A stretch of 64,000 nucleotides of DNA from an uncultured Thermoleophilia bacterium (lineage in GTDB: Bacteria; Actinomycetota; Thermoleophilia; UBA2241): the NCBI GenBank assembly GCA_963715985.1, contig CAVQSP010000014.1, forward strand, positions 512,001-576,000. The letters are read 5' to 3'. How positions within the stretch are numbered: the stretch's first letter is position 1; every line of letters begins with the position of its first letter. Under the pieces are notes generated by a model that saw nothing but the letters and a program-made list of their open reading frames with translations, ran no database searches and was not told where the DNA came from. Positions 61,863 through 64,000 of the stretch are shown one piece after another. Both the position numbers and the translations under genes were made by a program.

Positions 61863-62747
61863 ATGGGCGTGACCCAGTGGCTGCAGCTGCTGATCTCGGG
61901 CGTCGTGGCCGGCTCCATCTACGCGCTCGTGGGGCTCGGGTACGTGACCATCTACCGTACCTCCCGGGTCGTGAACTTCGCCCAGGGCTCCTTCGTCATG
62001 CTCGGCGCGCTGATCACCTACTCGCTGCTGACCGAGCGCGGTCTGCCGTTCTGGCTCGCGGGGATCCTTGCCGTGGTCGTGGTGGTGGCGATCGCGGTGG
62101 CGATGTACTTCCTGGTCATCGCCCCCATCATGAAGGTCTCGCTCGTCTCGATGATCCTCGTGACCATCGGCGTCAGCCTCTTGCTCGAGAACCTGGCTCT
62201 GGTGAAGTGGGGCGGCTATGGCCTGGGCATCCCGGCGTTCCCGGGCGACCGCACGCTGCATTTGTGGAAGCTCACCTTCGAGGTGCAGAGCATCTGGGTG
62301 ATCGGGGTCGCCTTGCTGCTCTTCCTGGGGTTGTACCTGCTGTCCAACCGCACCCGGGTGGGCAAGCAGATGACGGCCACGGCCAGCGACCCGCTCTCGG
62401 CCAGCCTCTCCGGCATCTCGACCACCCGGATGGTCGTGCTCGCGTTCGCGATCAGTGCGGCAATCGGCGCCATCGGTGGCATCTGCGTGGGCTCCATAAG
62501 CGCCATGAGCTACGCCTCGGGCGGCGTCCTCGGGCTGGCCGGCTTCATCGCCGCCATCGTCGGCGGCTGGGGCAAGAGCAGCGGGGCCATCGTCGGCGGG
62601 CTGACGGTGGGCATCGCCGAGTCCCTCGCCTCCGGCTTCCTGCCCGGCGGGTACCGAAGCGCCGTCGCCTACGTGCTGCTCATCATCATCCTGTACTTCC
62701 GGCCCTCGGGTATCCTGGGCACCGGGGCCGCGGAGGCCGACGGATGA
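61863..62747 (+). CDS. livH: LivH-type ABC permease
   Basis: 'GSIYALVGLGYVTIYRTSRVVNFAQG', 'TRVGKQM', 'AAIVGG'. Confidence 0.88.
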   Translation: MGVTQWLQLLISGVVAGSIYALVGLGYVTIYRTSRVVNFAQGSFVMLGALITYSLLTERGLPFWLAGILAVVVVVAIAVAMYFLVIAPIMKVSLVSMILVTIGVSLLLENLALVKWGGYGLGIPAFPGDRTLHLWKLTFEVQSIWVIGVALLLFLGLYLLSNRTRVGKQMTATASDPLSASLSGISTTRMVVLAFAISAAIGAIGGICVGSISAMSYASGGVLGLAGFIAAIVGGWGKSSGAIVGGLTVGIAESLASGFLPGGYRSAVAYVLLIIILYFRPSGILGTGAAEADG

Positions 62748-64000
62748 GCGCCCGGGCGGAGCAGCCCGCCGCTCAGGCCGCGCCCCGCGGCGGCAACCGC
62801 TTCGTGTCCGCCGCGTTGTTCGCGAAGCTGGCCGTCATCGCGGTGCTGGCCGTGTGGCCATTCTTCTACAGCGATCTCTACACGCTCAGCTGGATGACCT
62901 TCGCCGGCCTGTCCCTGATGGTCGTGGTCAGCGTCTACCTCATCATCGCGCAGGCCGGTCAGCTCTCGTTCGGTCACGCCGCCTTCTACGGCGTCGGCGC
63001 CTACACGGCCGCGATCCTCTCGATGAAGTACAACGTTCCCACGCTCTTGGCGCTGCTGGCCGGCGCCGCACTTGCGGGTCTGATCGCGGTCGTCATAGGA
63101 CGCCCGGTGCTGCGCCTGCGCTACTTCTATCTGGCGCTGGCGACGATCGGCCTCGGCATCATCTTCAGTGCCCTCATCGTCGAAGCGCGCGGCGTGACCG
63201 GGGGCACTCTCGGCCTCGCGCCGGTGCCGCCCCTCGATCTCTTCGGGTTCAAGGTGGACACCTACATGCGCCAGTACTACGTCGTGTGGATCGTCGCCTT
63301 GCTCATCCTGCTGTTCACCGAGCGCGCCCTCGGCATGCGTGTCGGTCGCGCCCTGCGGGCCCTCGCGACGAGCGAGATCGCGGCGGAGACCCTCGGCGTG
63401 CGCACCGCGAACTGGAAGCTCGTGGCGTTCGTCGCCAGCGCCGTCTTCTGCGCCATCGCCGGCGCGCTGTACGCCTTCACGCTGGCGGCGATCACGCCCG
63501 GGGCGTTCGCCTTCGGCGCCGCCATCCTGCCGATCATCATGATGCTGATCGGCGGCGGCGGGTCCATCTGGGGCGGGCTGGTCGGAGCCGTGCTGATGAC
63601 GTGGCTCTCCAACTCGCTCTCCGGCACGCAGCAGTGGAGCGGGGTGATCTACGCCGCCATCATGATCCTCCTGCTCCTGTTCCTGCCGATGGGCATCACC
63701 GGGTTGTTCACGAAGCGCCGCCTGGTCAGCGTGAAGACCGCCTTCCGCCGGCAGAGCCGGGCCGAGACGCTCGAGTGCGCCACCGTGGCGGAGGCCGACG
63801 GTTCCACCGCAGCGTGCGAGACGCAGGTGGCGCTGCCGGTCTACGTGCCCGAGCACGCGAATCCCGCGCTCGACGAGGGTTCGCCGGGTACCCTGTTCGC
63901 CGACCTGCGGCGGCAGGGGTCGGGGAACGAGGGAGAAGAGCTGCTGAGGATCCGGGACGTCTCCGTCGACTTCGGCGGGCTGCGGGCGGTGAACGAGGTC
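62744..64000 (+). CDS. LivM permease fused to LivG ATPase (3' end outside window)
   Basis: Translated by hand: 'AGQLSFGHAAFYGVGAY', 'YLALATIG', 'GRALRA', ending 'LLRIRDVSVDFGGLRAVNEV'. Confidence 0.82.
   Translation, partial: MSARAEQPAAQAAPRGGNRFVSAALFAKLAVIAVLAVWPFFYSDLYTLSWMTFAGLSLMVVVSVYLIIAQAGQLSFGHAAFYGVGAYTAAILSMKYNVPTLLALLAGAALAGLIAVVIGRPVLRLRYFYLALATIGLGIIFSALIVEARGVTGGTLGLAPVPPLDLFGFKVDTYMRQYYVVWIVALLILLFTERALGMRVGRALRALATSEIAAETLGVRTANWKLVAFVASAVFCAIAGALYAFTLAAITPGAFAFGAAILPIIMMLIGGGGSIWGGLVGAVLMTWLSNSLSGTQQWSGVIYAAIMILLLLFLPMGITGLFTKRRLVSVKTAFRRQSRAETLECATVAEADGSTAACETQVALPVYVPEHANPALDEGSPGTLFADLRRQGSGNEGEELLRIRDVSVDFGGLRAVNEV

Noticed and set aside
107-63856. Many long antisense and alternate-frame ORFs (for example 107-2560, 20684-22933, 24308-26890)
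   Set aside because: Shadow ORFs expected from high GC3 codon bias; they have no recognisable motifs and overlap well-supported genes
1-64000. CRISPR arrays, tRNA, rRNA, Moco or cobalamin riboswitches
   Set aside because: No repeat-spacer periodicity or recognisable RNA motif by eye; an Rfam scan of 3580-3950, 6590-6970, 36720-37060 and 59440-59850 would be needed to exclude ncRNAs

Overview
High-GC bacterial DNA, most consistent with an anaerobic Actinomycetota (Thermoleophilia-like lipoproteins; this is inference). Roughly 30 single-base frameshifts, mostly +1 insertions, split otherwise intact genes and look like long-read or assembly errors. After repair by eye, most of the window reads as an anaerobic aromatic/polyphenol catabolic island. 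It holds three pyrogallol-phloroglucinol transhydroxylase-family Mo enzymes, one acetylene-hydratase-related Mo enzyme with a 4Fe-4S/NrfD module, a bacterial chalcone isomerase homolog, three phloretin hydrolase/PhlG homologs plus a divergent fourth, two AprAB/SdhA-like flavoprotein-ferredoxin pairs, IorAB with an ADP-forming acyl-CoA synthetase, a GlcD/GlcF-like FAD/CCG triad, two double-EthD proteins, LIV-type ABC transporters and IclR/GntR/MerR/TetR regulators. Lead hypothesis: a near-complete anaerobic flavonoid degradation system with a new kind of C-ring/chalcone reductase and candidate enzymes for the unresolved B-ring-to-arylacetate steps. Other content: a secreted protein with three cupredoxin-like repeats, a polyamine-type module and an M28 peptidase. 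No rRNA, tRNA or CRISPR was recognised. All family assignments come from motif recognition and reference sequences recalled from memory, not from database searches.
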